A stretch of DNA of 64,000 bases from Candidatus Aenigmatarchaeota archaeon (GCA_032249395.1 JAVVFY010000001.1:64825-128824); one strand, 5' to 3'. Counted from the first letter of the stretch, positions 36,419 to 45,126 are shown. Program-made: numbers and translations. The notes: generated by a model not told the origin, from the letters alone.

Positions 36419-39205
36419 TTATCCTAAAATTCCATAACCAACTAATCTCCATCTTCCAGCAACTTGCCTCAAAACAGCTATTTTTGTTTTTACACCTTGT
36501 TCAAATATCAGTGGAATGCTCAACTGACAACTTATAAAGTTCTTTCTTGCTTCTTTAACAACACCAACACTTCTTTGATTTGCTAAATGAATCAAAATCT
36601 TTTCCCCAATTTTTATTGGAGGCAAAGCTTGAATTTCTCTAGCTCCATAAACTCTCTCAAACTCGAAATACTCAAAACTTATTTCATGAGTCTCTTTTGG
36701 CAATGTTCCCTTCAAACCAACAACACTTCCAACTAGACCATCAGCTTTCGTTAAGCTTGGATCTAGTTTTGTTAGAACACCAAGCAATCCTCCTGGACCA
36801 GCTTCTTTTATATCTTTATTAGCTTTTCTCAATCCAACAATTTCAGTTTCTAAAGGCTGATATTTATTTTCAATTTTTATTCCAGGTTTAATTTCTATAT
36901 TGTCGCCAACTTTAAGTCTTCCTTCAACAACACTTCCCCCTAAAATTCCACCAACAATTTTATCTATCTCTGTCCCTGGTTTATTAACATCAAAGCTTCT
37001 TATAACTAAAAACTTTGGATTTTTAGTTTCATCTCTTTTTGGTGTTGGTATATACTTCTCTATAGCTTCAAAAACTCTATCAATGTTAACTCTTTGAGTA
37101 GAAGAAACAGGAATTATTGGAGCATTTTCCGCAATTGTTCCTTTCACAAATTCCTTAATCTCTTGATAATTCTTCAAAGCTTGTTCTTTTGTTATAGTAT
37201 CAATTTTTGTTTGAACAATAACAATTTTATCAATACCAACAATTTCCAATGCTTTCAAATGCTCAACAGTTTGAGGTTGTGGGCATTTTTCATTCGCAGC
37301 AATAACAAGTAAAGCACCATCTATAACACCAGCTCCCGTTAGAACAGTTGCTGTTAGAATTTCATGACCAGGAGAATCCACAAAACTAACAGTCCTTTGA
37401 ATTTCTGTATCTGCAAAACAAAAAGGACATTTCTTGCTGTTAGAATATCTTCCACATTGAGGACATTTATAAATTGTAGCATCAGCGTATCCAAGCTTTA
37501 TAGTTATTCCTCTTTTCAATTCTTCAGAATGTTGCAAGGTAAGCTTTCCTGTTAAAGCTTGAACTAAAACTGTATTGTGCAGAAGGAAGAAACCTAAACC
37601 TCCAAAGAAAGTGTGAGTTTGGGGAACACTCAAATCAAAAATTATTTCATCTTTCACTTCTTCATACTCAACTTTCTTAACTTTTTCCACTCTCAAACTA
37701 CCAAAGTAAAGAGTTTTAATCCTTTGTATTTCTTCTTTAGCCTCCCTTATTTTTTCATTCAAATAATTCCTAAGCAATTTCAAAGCTTTCTTGTCTTTTC
37801 TCTTAACCATTCTCGAGAAAGAAGTAGGTGGTATATTAGTAGTTATTGCTACCTTCCTGAGCGGAACGACTTTTTCTAAATCTTCGTCTTTTAAACTACC
37901 CAAAAATTTAATTCTTTCTTCAACAAACTCGATAATTCTTTCTAGCAACTCATAGGTGATTCTCCCTTTTTTCCTGACCTCCTCTATTGCTTTGTAAATC
38001 TTTTGCTTCTTAAATCCGTCACCTTTTCTTTTATCGTTAATAAGAAGGAAAGTTAACCTCTTAATGTTTTCTTTATCCATTTTTATAGAGTCGTATGTTT
38101 TCATTCTTGTCTTATGATTTTCAAAAAGTTCTAAAAGTTGTAAAGCCTTTAACTTCTTTTTTCCCTCCAGCCCTATTTCTTTTAGAAACTTTTCTGCCTC
38201 TTTACCATATAATGCCAACCTGAAATATTCTTTACCCTTAACTTTCCTCTTATAAATTTTAGGAAATATTCCAAATTCATATAAAGAAATTAAGATGAAA
38301 TTAACCAAAGTTTGAGATACTTGAGACAGTTCTATCCCTCTAGCCTTGAGGTTTATATGCCCGTCTAAAGAGAAAAACCACTTAAGATAAGTTTTTCTGA
38401 GTTCTTTTGGTAAATATAAAAACCAACCCTTTAAGCTTTTGCTACTTCCCCCCAAGATCTTCTTAAAATAATAGAAAGCTATTTTAGGTTGTATTATGTA
38501 GTCTTTCCCCTTTTCCAAATGAAAAGAATAACCTAGTGAGCTTAAATATTCTAACACTTCAGTTAGCATTTCCTTTTCTTCTTTTTGAGATAACATCAAT
38601 CTCTTTCCTACATGTCCTTCTGCATTAATGAAGGCCAACAATTTTACAAAATCTTCATCCAATTTAAATCCCTTTACTTTTGCTTTCTTACCATTCTTAA
38701 AAACAATCTTGTAAAACTCTCCATCTTTTTCCAATATCTTACAAAACTCCTTTATGTTTTCCTCGAAGTCTATTTGCTTCTGAGCTTCCTGAATATTTGA
38801 ATTTAAATTTATCCTTCCGAGCACAAAAACCTCATCTCCTTCTTTAATTTCTGATGCTCTTCTCCATTCACATCTACCATTCTCGTGAACTAAAAGAGGA
38901 TGATCTGGCGAAACTTCCACCTCTCTTCCATTAGAGGTTGTGATTTTTACAAGCTTACCAGAATACCTTTGAAAGAATCTTTTAGCTTCGCCCACATATA
39001 TTTTCCCATTGTCATCCAATGTATATGTCCTTATTTTGTCATTTTCTAGATAAACCTCATCTTTAAAATTAGGAATACCTGTTAGCAACTCTTTACCAGT
39101 CAAAATTTCGTTGTTTAGCAAAATAGGTGTATTTATTCTTACACACTTCCCATGGCTTACGTGACCCAAGACGCCTATGTTAACCTCTGGTAATTCTTTG
39201 TCCAT
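36419..39205 (-). CDS. eif2g: Translation initiation factor aIF2 gamma subunit, interrupted by an intein
   Basis: The exteins read MDKELPEVNIGVLGHVSHGK | TVLVQALTGK...CPQCG..CPFC zinc knuckle...DSPGH...QTKID... (20 + 384 aa). Confidence 0.9.
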   Translation of the reverse strand: MDKELPEVNIGVLGHVSHGKCVRINTPILLNNEILTGKELLTGIPNFKDEVYLENDKIRTYTLDDNGKIYVGEAKRFFQRYSGKLVKITTSNGREVEVSPDHPLLVHENGRCEWRRASEIKEGDEVFVLGRINLNSNIQEAQKQIDFEENIKEFCKILEKDGEFYKIVFKNGKKAKVKGFKLDEDFVKLLAFINAEGHVGKRLMLSQKEEKEMLTEVLEYLSSLGYSFHLEKGKDYIIQPKIAFYYFKKILGGSSKSLKGWFLYLPKELRKTYLKWFFSLDGHINLKARGIELSQVSQTLVNFILISLYEFGIFPKIYKRKVKGKEYFRLALYGKEAEKFLKEIGLEGKKKLKALQLLELFENHKTRMKTYDSIKMDKENIKRLTFLLINDKRKGDGFKKQKIYKAIEEVRKKGRITYELLERIIEFVEERIKFLGSLKDEDLEKVVPLRKVAITTNIPPTSFSRMVKRKDKKALKLLRNYLNEKIREAKEEIQRIKTLYFGSLRVEKVKKVEYEEVKDEIIFDLSVPQTHTFFGGLGFFLLHNTVLVQALTGKLTLQHSEELKRGITIKLGYADATIYKCPQCGRYSNSKKCPFCFADTEIQRTVSFVDSPGHEILTATVLTGAGVIDGALLVIAANEKCPQPQTVEHLKALEIVGIDKIVIVQTKIDTITKEQALKNYQEIKEFVKGTIAENAPIIPVSSTQRVNIDRVFEAIEKYIPTPKRDETKNPKFLVIRSFDVNKPGTEIDKIVGGILGGSVVEGRLKVGDNIEIKPGIKIENKYQPLETEIVGLRKANKDIKEAGPGGLLGVLTKLDPSLTKADGLVGSVVGLKGTLPKETHEISFEYFEFERVYGAREIQALPPIKIGEKILIHLANQRSVGVVKEARKNFISCQLSIPLIFEQGVKTKIAVLRQVAGRWRLVGYGILG
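37574..39145 (-). mobile_element. Intein (524 aa) with a LAGLIDADG homing endonuclease domain, inserted in the P-loop GHVxHGK|T
   Basis: Starts with Cys (CVRINTPILL) and contains SPDHPLLV (block B), LLAFINAEGHV and WFFSLDGHIN (LAGLIDADG x2). It ends ...GFFLLHN followed by Thr. Confidence 0.85.
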
Positions 39206-39255
39206 CTTAAATAATCAAAATCCAAAGTTTTAAACTTTAGCAAAAAATAACTTTA

Positions 39256-40731
39256 ATGGAAAAAACGCTAGAGCAAATAAGAGCAGAAAGGTTGAGAAAA
39301 CTTGAAGAGTTAAGAAAACTTGGTTTAGATCCTTTTGCTATAACAAAATATGATAAAAAGGAAAATCTAAAAGAGATTAAAGAGAGATTTGGAGAAAAGT
39401 TGAAAGCTGGAGAAAAATTAGAAAATGAAAAAGTTTCTACTGCCGGAAGAATCTTAGCAATAAGAGAACATGGTAAAGCGAGTTTTGCCGATTTGTTTGA
39501 CGGAGAAAAAATTCAAATTTGGTTCGATGAATCAACTCTTAGAGAAAAATACCAACTTTTCAAAAAGTATGTTGATATTGGAGATATTATTGGAGTAAAG
39601 GGATTTCCTTTCAAGACTATGAGAGGAGAATTAACAATTTGGGTAGAAGATTTCCAAATATTAGCAAAATCTTTAAGGCCTCTGCCATCAAAATGGTACG
39701 GATTGAAAGATGAAGATTTGAGGTACAGAATGAGATATGTTGATTTAATTGTCAATCCAAGAGCTCGAGAAATTTTGTTAACAAGAGCAAAAATTGTTAA
39801 AGCAATGAGAGAATTTCTGGAAAGCAAAGGGTTTGTTGAAATAGAAACTCCAATTTTGCAGCCAATTTATGGTGGAGCTTTTGCGAAACCATTCATCACT
39901 CATCATAACGCTTTAGATATGGATTTGTATTTGAGAATATCTGATGAGCTATATTTGAAAAGATTGATTGTTGGTGGCATAGAAAAAGTATATGAGATTG
40001 GAAGAGATTTTAGGAATGAAGGAATAGATACAAAGCACAATCCAGAATTTACGATGATGGAATGCTACTGGGCTTATGCTGATTACAATGATATAATGAA
40101 ATTGACTGAAGAAATGATTGCTTACATTGCTGAAAAAGCTATTGGCAAATTGGAAATAGAATATGCGGGACATAAAATAAACTTGAAACCACCTTGGAAG
40201 AGAATTAGAATGGTTGATGCTGTAAAAGAAGAAGGAATAGATGTAGAAAAATTGAGTAGAGAAGAGTTAATCGAAATAGCAAAAGAGAAAAAATTAGAAG
40301 TCAACGAGAATTTTAGTAAAGGTGATTTAATCAATTTGTTTTTTGAAGAGTTAGTTCAACCAAAATTGATACAACCAACTTTTGTTTATGAATATCCAAT
40401 AGAAATTTCTCCTCTTGCAAAGAAAAAAAGAGACAATCCGAATTTTGTTGAGAGGTTTGAAGGTTTTATTGCTGGTATGGAAGTTGCAAATGCTTTTTCT
40501 GAATTAAATGATCCAATAGATCAAAAAGAAAGGTTTTTAGAACAAGCGAAAAGAAGAGGTTCCGGCTTAGAATATCATGAAATGGATGAAGATTTTATTA
40601 GAGCATTAGAATATGGAATGCCTCCTACTGGCGGATTGGGAATTGGTATAGATAGGTTAACGATGATTTTGACAAATGTTCAATCGATAAGAGAAGTTAT
40701 TGCATTTCCAACTTTAAGACCGGAAAAATGA
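39256..40731 (+). CDS. lysS: Lysyl-tRNA synthetase, class II
   Basis: An OB anticodon-binding N-terminus, motif 2 [23 protein letters not shown], and motif 3 [10 protein letters not shown]. Confidence 0.95.
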   Translation: MEKTLEQIRAERLRKLEELRKLGLDPFAITKYDKKENLKEIKERFGEKLKAGEKLENEKVSTAGRILAIREHGKASFADLFDGEKIQIWFDESTLREKYQLFKKYVDIGDIIGVKGFPFKTMRGELTIWVEDFQILAKSLRPLPSKWYGLKDEDLRYRMRYVDLIVNPRAREILLTRAKIVKAMREFLESKGFVEIETPILQPIYGGAFAKPFITHHNALDMDLYLRISDELYLKRLIVGGIEKVYEIGRDFRNEGIDTKHNPEFTMMECYWAYADYNDIMKLTEEMIAYIAEKAIGKLEIEYAGHKINLKPPWKRIRMVDAVKEEGIDVEKLSREELIEIAKEKKLEVNENFSKGDLINLFFEELVQPKLIQPTFVYEYPIEISPLAKKKRDNPNFVERFEGFIAGMEVANAFSELNDPIDQKERFLEQAKRRGSGLEYHEMDEDFIRALEYGMPPTGGLGIGIDRLTMILTNVQSIREVIAFPTLRPEK

Positions 40732-40759
40732 GTTTAAAGTAAAATTTCGAATAAAAATT

Positions 40760-41764
40760 ATGAGTGTCTTCAAAAGAGAAGAAGCTTTATACCCAGAATA
40801 TTTGCCATTGAATTTACCTCATAGAGAAGGTCAGATAAAACTAATATCTGAAAATCTTTCTTTGCTATTAAAAAACAGCAAACCCATGAACATTTTCATT
40901 TATGGTCCTCCTGGTGTTGGGAAGACAGCAGTTGCGAAATTCATTTTGAGAGAATTTGAACAATATTCTGGAATAAAGAACATTTACATAAATTGCTGGC
41001 AATACAACACTTCTTTTGCTGTTCTTTCCGAAATTGGAATAGCTATTGGTGCTTTTGTTTCTAGAAGAGGGTGGGCAAAAGATGAAATATTCAGCAGAAT
41101 CGTACAAAAAATGGAAAACAACAGATTAAATTTGATTATCGTTTTAGATGAAGTTGATCAACTTATAAAAAGAGATTCAAACGTTTTATACGATTTGCTA
41201 AGAATAGAAAATTACACAAAACAGAAAATTGGTTTAATTTTTATATCGAATGACAAGTATGTTTTCAGAAATGTTGAAGATAGAATAAAAAGTAGTTTGA
41301 ATCTGGAAGAAATAGAGTTCAAACCCTATACTTTTCTAGAAATGAAGGATATTGTTGAACAAAGAATGAAAGAAGCTTTTGTTGCTTATGAAGAAGGAGT
41401 TTCCGCTTTAGTTGCTGCAAAAGCTGCTGAAAAAGGTGATGTTAGAATTGCTTTAGAGATTTTGTTGAAAGCAGGAAGAATAGCAAAAGACAAGCTAAGA
41501 GTTGAAGACGTGAAAAAAGTTATAAAGGAAGAAATTAATCCGAAAATTCAAGAAATAATGAAAGTTTTGAGCGAAGAAGAGAAAAGAATTCTCGAAATAT
41601 TGGATAAACCAAAAGCAACAAAAGAGATTTTTGAGGAATTGAAGAAAAGTGTAAGCATAAGTCGTGCAAAATTCTATAGAGTTTTAGATGAAATGATTAG
41701 AAAGGGTTTAATTAAAATTCTTGGAAAAGAAAATCGCTTATCTCTTTTGTATAAAGCTTTGTAG
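40760..41764 (+). CDS. cdc6: Orc1/Cdc6 replication initiator
   Basis: LPHREGQI, Walker A GPPGVGKT, Walker B VLDEVD, and a C-terminal winged helix. 334 aa. Confidence 0.9.
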   Translation: MSVFKREEALYPEYLPLNLPHREGQIKLISENLSLLLKNSKPMNIFIYGPPGVGKTAVAKFILREFEQYSGIKNIYINCWQYNTSFAVLSEIGIAIGAFVSRRGWAKDEIFSRIVQKMENNRLNLIIVLDEVDQLIKRDSNVLYDLLRIENYTKQKIGLIFISNDKYVFRNVEDRIKSSLNLEEIEFKPYTFLEMKDIVEQRMKEAFVAYEEGVSALVAAKAAEKGDVRIALEILLKAGRIAKDKLRVEDVKKVIKEEINPKIQEIMKVLSEEEKRILEILDKPKATKEIFEELKKSVSISRAKFYRVLDEMIRKGLIKILGKENRLSLLYKAL

Positions 41765-41829
41765 GGTTTATAAGAATCTCGATAAATATAAAAAACAGAG
41801 AATATATTATATAGGGTAGCGGGGTTTAT

Positions 41830-41948
41830 AGCGGGGTAGGGCAGCCTGGAGTGCCCGCCGACGACAGGGCGGAGGGCTCATAACCCGGAGGTCGTTGGTT
41901 CAAATCCAAAGAGGGTAAGTCTAACTTGCCTTCGGGAAACCCCCGCTA
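41830..41948 (+). tRNA. Initiator tRNA-Met (CAU) with two non-canonical intervening sequences (about 41861-41874 and 41910-41939)
   Basis: - Acceptor AGCGGGG/CCCCGCT (A1:U72, A73).
- D arm GGGC-AGCCTGGAGT-GCCC.
- Anticodon arm CCG[14 nt]GG-CTCATAA-CCCGG (three G:C pairs).
- Variable loop AGGTC.
- T arm GTTGG-TTCAAAT-CCAA[30 nt]C. Confidence 0.7.
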
Positions 41949-42005
41949 TTATCCCGCTATCCTAACCCACTCTCTTCCTTCTTTCTTATATATTTTTAGC
42001 CACTC

Positions 42006-42892
42006 CTAAACTCTCGAATTAGTTGGGAAGTTTTCAATTATATAAACTGCATCTTCCAATTTTTCTCTTTTCCTTATGATTGAAGAAGAAATAAATCTCA
42101 AGAATTTTTTAACATTATTCAAACCTGAGGAGGTTAATCCATAAACTGTCTCATTCGCAGTATAAATTTTACCCCATATCTTTACTTTATGTCCTTTTTT
42201 GATTTTCGGATAAATTTTTGAAGTAATACCAAAATTATCTCTTAGCAGATTCTTCACAAATTTCAGAATTTTTATATTAGTATTAACAATACCAAAACCA
42301 ACTCTAAAATTTTTACCACATGAAATAATAGTAAATCCATCTGAATCGAATAAACCTCTAATAAAATCAGTTGGATATTCTTTTACATAATTCATTAGAT
42401 ATTCGGTTTCTTTCGAAAGAAAATGAAAGAGCATCTTATTAGAAACTGACACCACATAACCTTTTCCACCTTTACGAAGGAAACCATTTTCTGTTCTTAT
42501 TTTGTAGCCACCAGGAAAGTTTAACAACTTTGATATTTGATTTGAAAAATACTCAGCAAAATCTCTATCTTTAGTTCTAAGAATAAACTTATATTGATAA
42601 TTTTTCTTCTCATTCTTCAACGTCCCATCACCAAATAAAACTCCTATTATGTAGCTAAGCTCCTTAGAGGGGTGGGTATAAAAATTCTTAGCTGTTTGCA
42701 GGTTTTATGTCTATTAGATATCCATCGGTATATTGTCTTCTTTCTGATTAATAGATTGTATTTTTTCAAAATCTCATTCCTAATTTCTGACGACTTCAAA
42801 CCTTTTTTATTAAGAAGGAGAGCATACTCATAAATTTTCAGCCTCAAATCAATTGACAATTTTCTGACATCAATCTCTTTCATTTTAATCAT
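42006..42892 (-). pseudogene. Free-standing double-motif LAGLIDADG homing endonuclease with an N-terminal HTH, frameshifted
   Basis: The N-terminal part (42647..42892) ends ...IYRWISNRHKTCKQLR... The -1 frame continues ...FYTHPSKELSYIIGVLFGDGTLKNEKK...FIRGLFDSDGFT... Both LAGLIDADG motifs are intact. The single frameshift lies near an A4/T5 run. Confidence 0.7.
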
Positions 42893-43163
42893 CTTAATTT
42901 GTTTGGTGCTTGAAACTAATATTTATTCATTTTTTATCTATTCTTTTCTTTCGGGAAAGAGTACATGATAGTGTATGCAATTTATCTTTAGTTTATGAAG
43001 AATTTCGAAAAAAACTTAGAATTATCTTATGACAAAGGTTATATACTACTTCAGCAACTACTAAAGTCCCATTTCAGTGAAAATTTGAGCTTTAGAATAC
43101 ATAATCTCGAATTTAACAAAATCGAATTTTTGAACTTTAATTTTTCAATTTTCAAATTCACAA

Positions 43164-44021
43164 ATGCCGGCAAATTTACCAAGGGAATGGTACATTTTAG
43201 AAGAAAAATTTAGAAATGAAAAAGATCTGGAGAAAAAGATAGAGCTTCTTAGAGAGTTGATTGGAATTACACCAAAACATAAGGGAACTGAAAATTTGTT
43301 AGCCGAATTAAGAAGAAGATTGGCAAAATTAGAAGAAATGCTCGAGAAAAGGAGTAGGAAAACTGGCAAAAAAATAAAACTAATAGAAAAAAGTGGTGAC
43401 ATTTTGGTTTCTATTCTTGGATTCACACAGGTTGGTAAAAGCACGTTGCTAAAACTTTTAACGAATGCTAATGTGGAGATTGGCGACAACCCATATACAA
43501 CAAAAGAGCCTGTGACTGGGGTTTGTTTTTACAAAGGCGTTTATATTCAGTTTGTTGAGATTCCATCGTTCTTTCTTAGAGAACATTTAAGCATTTGTCA
43601 CTCCTCTGATTTGCTAATTTTATTAGTCAGAAACGAAGATGAGTTAAAAGAAATGGATAAAATTCTTGAAGCAAACAGACTAAAAAATAAGCCTAAGATT
43701 GTCATGATGAAGTCAATTAATAATAGCGTTTTATTCGAAAATATTGAAGCAAACAAAGAGCTTTCTGAACTTTTAGATGGAATATTGAAGCAAGCAAATA
43801 TTGTTAGAGTTTTTATGAAACCTCCTGGAAAAGAAGTCGAAAAGAGGGCTGTAGTTCTTAAGGAAGGTGCAACGATAAAAGACCTTATAGAAAAGCTTAA
43901 TTCAGCTTGGTTAAAAACTTTTAAATTTGCAAGAATTTTTGATAATACAGAATTTTCTAGTAGAAGAGTTGGTTTAGAGTATAAGCTAAAGGATGAAGAT
44001 ATTGTTGAATTACACTTTTAA
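43164..44021 (+). CDS. DRG/Rbg-family GTPase-like protein with TGS domain and degenerate G motifs
   Basis: An N-terminal helical region, G1 GFTQVGKST and G2 YTT are present. G3 reads EIPS instead of DxPG. The C-terminus has a TGS-like VGLEYKLKDEDIVEL. Confidence 0.65.
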   Translation: MPANLPREWYILEEKFRNEKDLEKKIELLRELIGITPKHKGTENLLAELRRRLAKLEEMLEKRSRKTGKKIKLIEKSGDILVSILGFTQVGKSTLLKLLTNANVEIGDNPYTTKEPVTGVCFYKGVYIQFVEIPSFFLREHLSICHSSDLLILLVRNEDELKEMDKILEANRLKNKPKIVMMKSINNSVLFENIEANKELSELLDGILKQANIVRVFMKPPGKEVEKRAVVLKEGATIKDLIEKLNSAWLKTFKFARIFDNTEFSSRRVGLEYKLKDEDIVELHF

Positions 44022-44043
44022 TTTCTCTAAAATAATTAATTAG

Positions 44044-45126
44044 ATGATAGTTAGAGAGTTGATGACAAAAAACGTTTACACTCTTAAAAAAGATGATACA
44101 GTTTCGAAGGCTATTTCATTAATGAAAGAAAAGAGATTTCACCAAATACCTATAGTGGATGAAGAATATGAAGGAATGGTTTTCTTAAAAGAGTTAATAA
44201 AGTCTAGAGGCGATCCCACAAGGACGAAACTGGAGAATTTCATAATTTATACACCAGTTCTTAGAGAAAGAATGGGAATCGAAGAAGCAGTAAAAATTTT
44301 AGTAGAAGCTGGGTTGCGTGCTTTACCAGTAGTTGAAGAAGATAAAATTGTTGGAATATTGAGCGAAACAGATGTTGTATTGAAATTAAAAATTAAAAGA
44401 TTTAATGAAATCAATGCTTCAAACATTATGAATAAACCAATAGTTGCAAGAGAGGAAGAAAAACTTAAAACTATTCTTAGGATTATGCAGAAAAATAACA
44501 TAAGCTCAGTTCCTTTAATAAATTGGAAGGAAGAACTTTCCGGTTGTATAAATCTTTTCACTTTAGCTAATTTTCTTTATAAAGAGAAAGAAAGAATAGA
44601 ATCTTTTAGATTAGCCAAAGAAAGAGAAAATATTTTAAATTCGCCTGCAAAAAACTTTTCATTTTTTCCGCAGATTATAGATAAGAACGATACACTGGAA
44701 AAAGTAGTAACTCTCTTTAAATACGGAGAAGAGGTAATAGTTACAGAAAATAAAAAGCCAATAGGAATAATAAAACCAAGGGATGTATTAGAAATTCTAG
44801 TAGTTAAAGAGACCATACCAATAATAGTTGCTGGTGTTGAAGAAAGAGAGAATATAATAAGTTTTTTTGAAAGAAAATTAGAAAAGTTTAAAAGGCTTGG
44901 AGTAGAAAAAATAATTGCTCAGATAGAAAAAATTGGAGCTAGAAACAAATACGACGGGAAAATAAAAATTATTATCAAAGGAGAAAGTTTAACGGCACAT
45001 TCTCAAGCGTTTGATATTTACTCATTGTTAAGGGATATGAAGGAAAAGATCGAGAGAGAAATAGAAAAGAGAAAGGGGAAAATTAAAGTAAGAAGGAGGA
45101 GAATACTTAAAGCAAAAGGTGAATGA
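44044..45126 (+). CDS. CBS-domain protein (four CBS motifs) fused to a C-terminal HPF/RaiA (S30AE)-like domain
   Basis: CBS repeats occupy residues 1-255. Residues ~258-348 (nt 44815-45087) align by eye with bacterial hibernation factor HPF. See findings. Confidence 0.6.
   Translation: MIVRELMTKNVYTLKKDDTVSKAISLMKEKRFHQIPIVDEEYEGMVFLKELIKSRGDPTRTKLENFIIYTPVLRERMGIEEAVKILVEAGLRALPVVEEDKIVGILSETDVVLKLKIKRFNEINASNIMNKPIVAREEEKLKTILRIMQKNNISSVPLINWKEELSGCINLFTLANFLYKEKERIESFRLAKERENILNSPAKNFSFFPQIIDKNDTLEKVVTLFKYGEEVIVTENKKPIGIIKPRDVLEILVVKETIPIIVAGVEERENIISFFERKLEKFKRLGVEKIIAQIEKIGARNKYDGKIKIIIKGESLTAHSQAFDIYSLLRDMKEKIEREIEKRKGKIKVRRRRILKAKGE

Noticed and set aside
42640-42700. A BHB-type intron as the explanation for the LAGLIDADG gene frameshift (7-bp inverted repeat agctaag/cttagct).
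   Set aside because: The helix encloses a 27-nt mostly unpaired segment without the bulge / 4-bp helix / bulge geometry, and no excision with a length of 2 mod 3 at plausible bulges restores a sensible junction. A simple indel in an A4/T5 run explains it.
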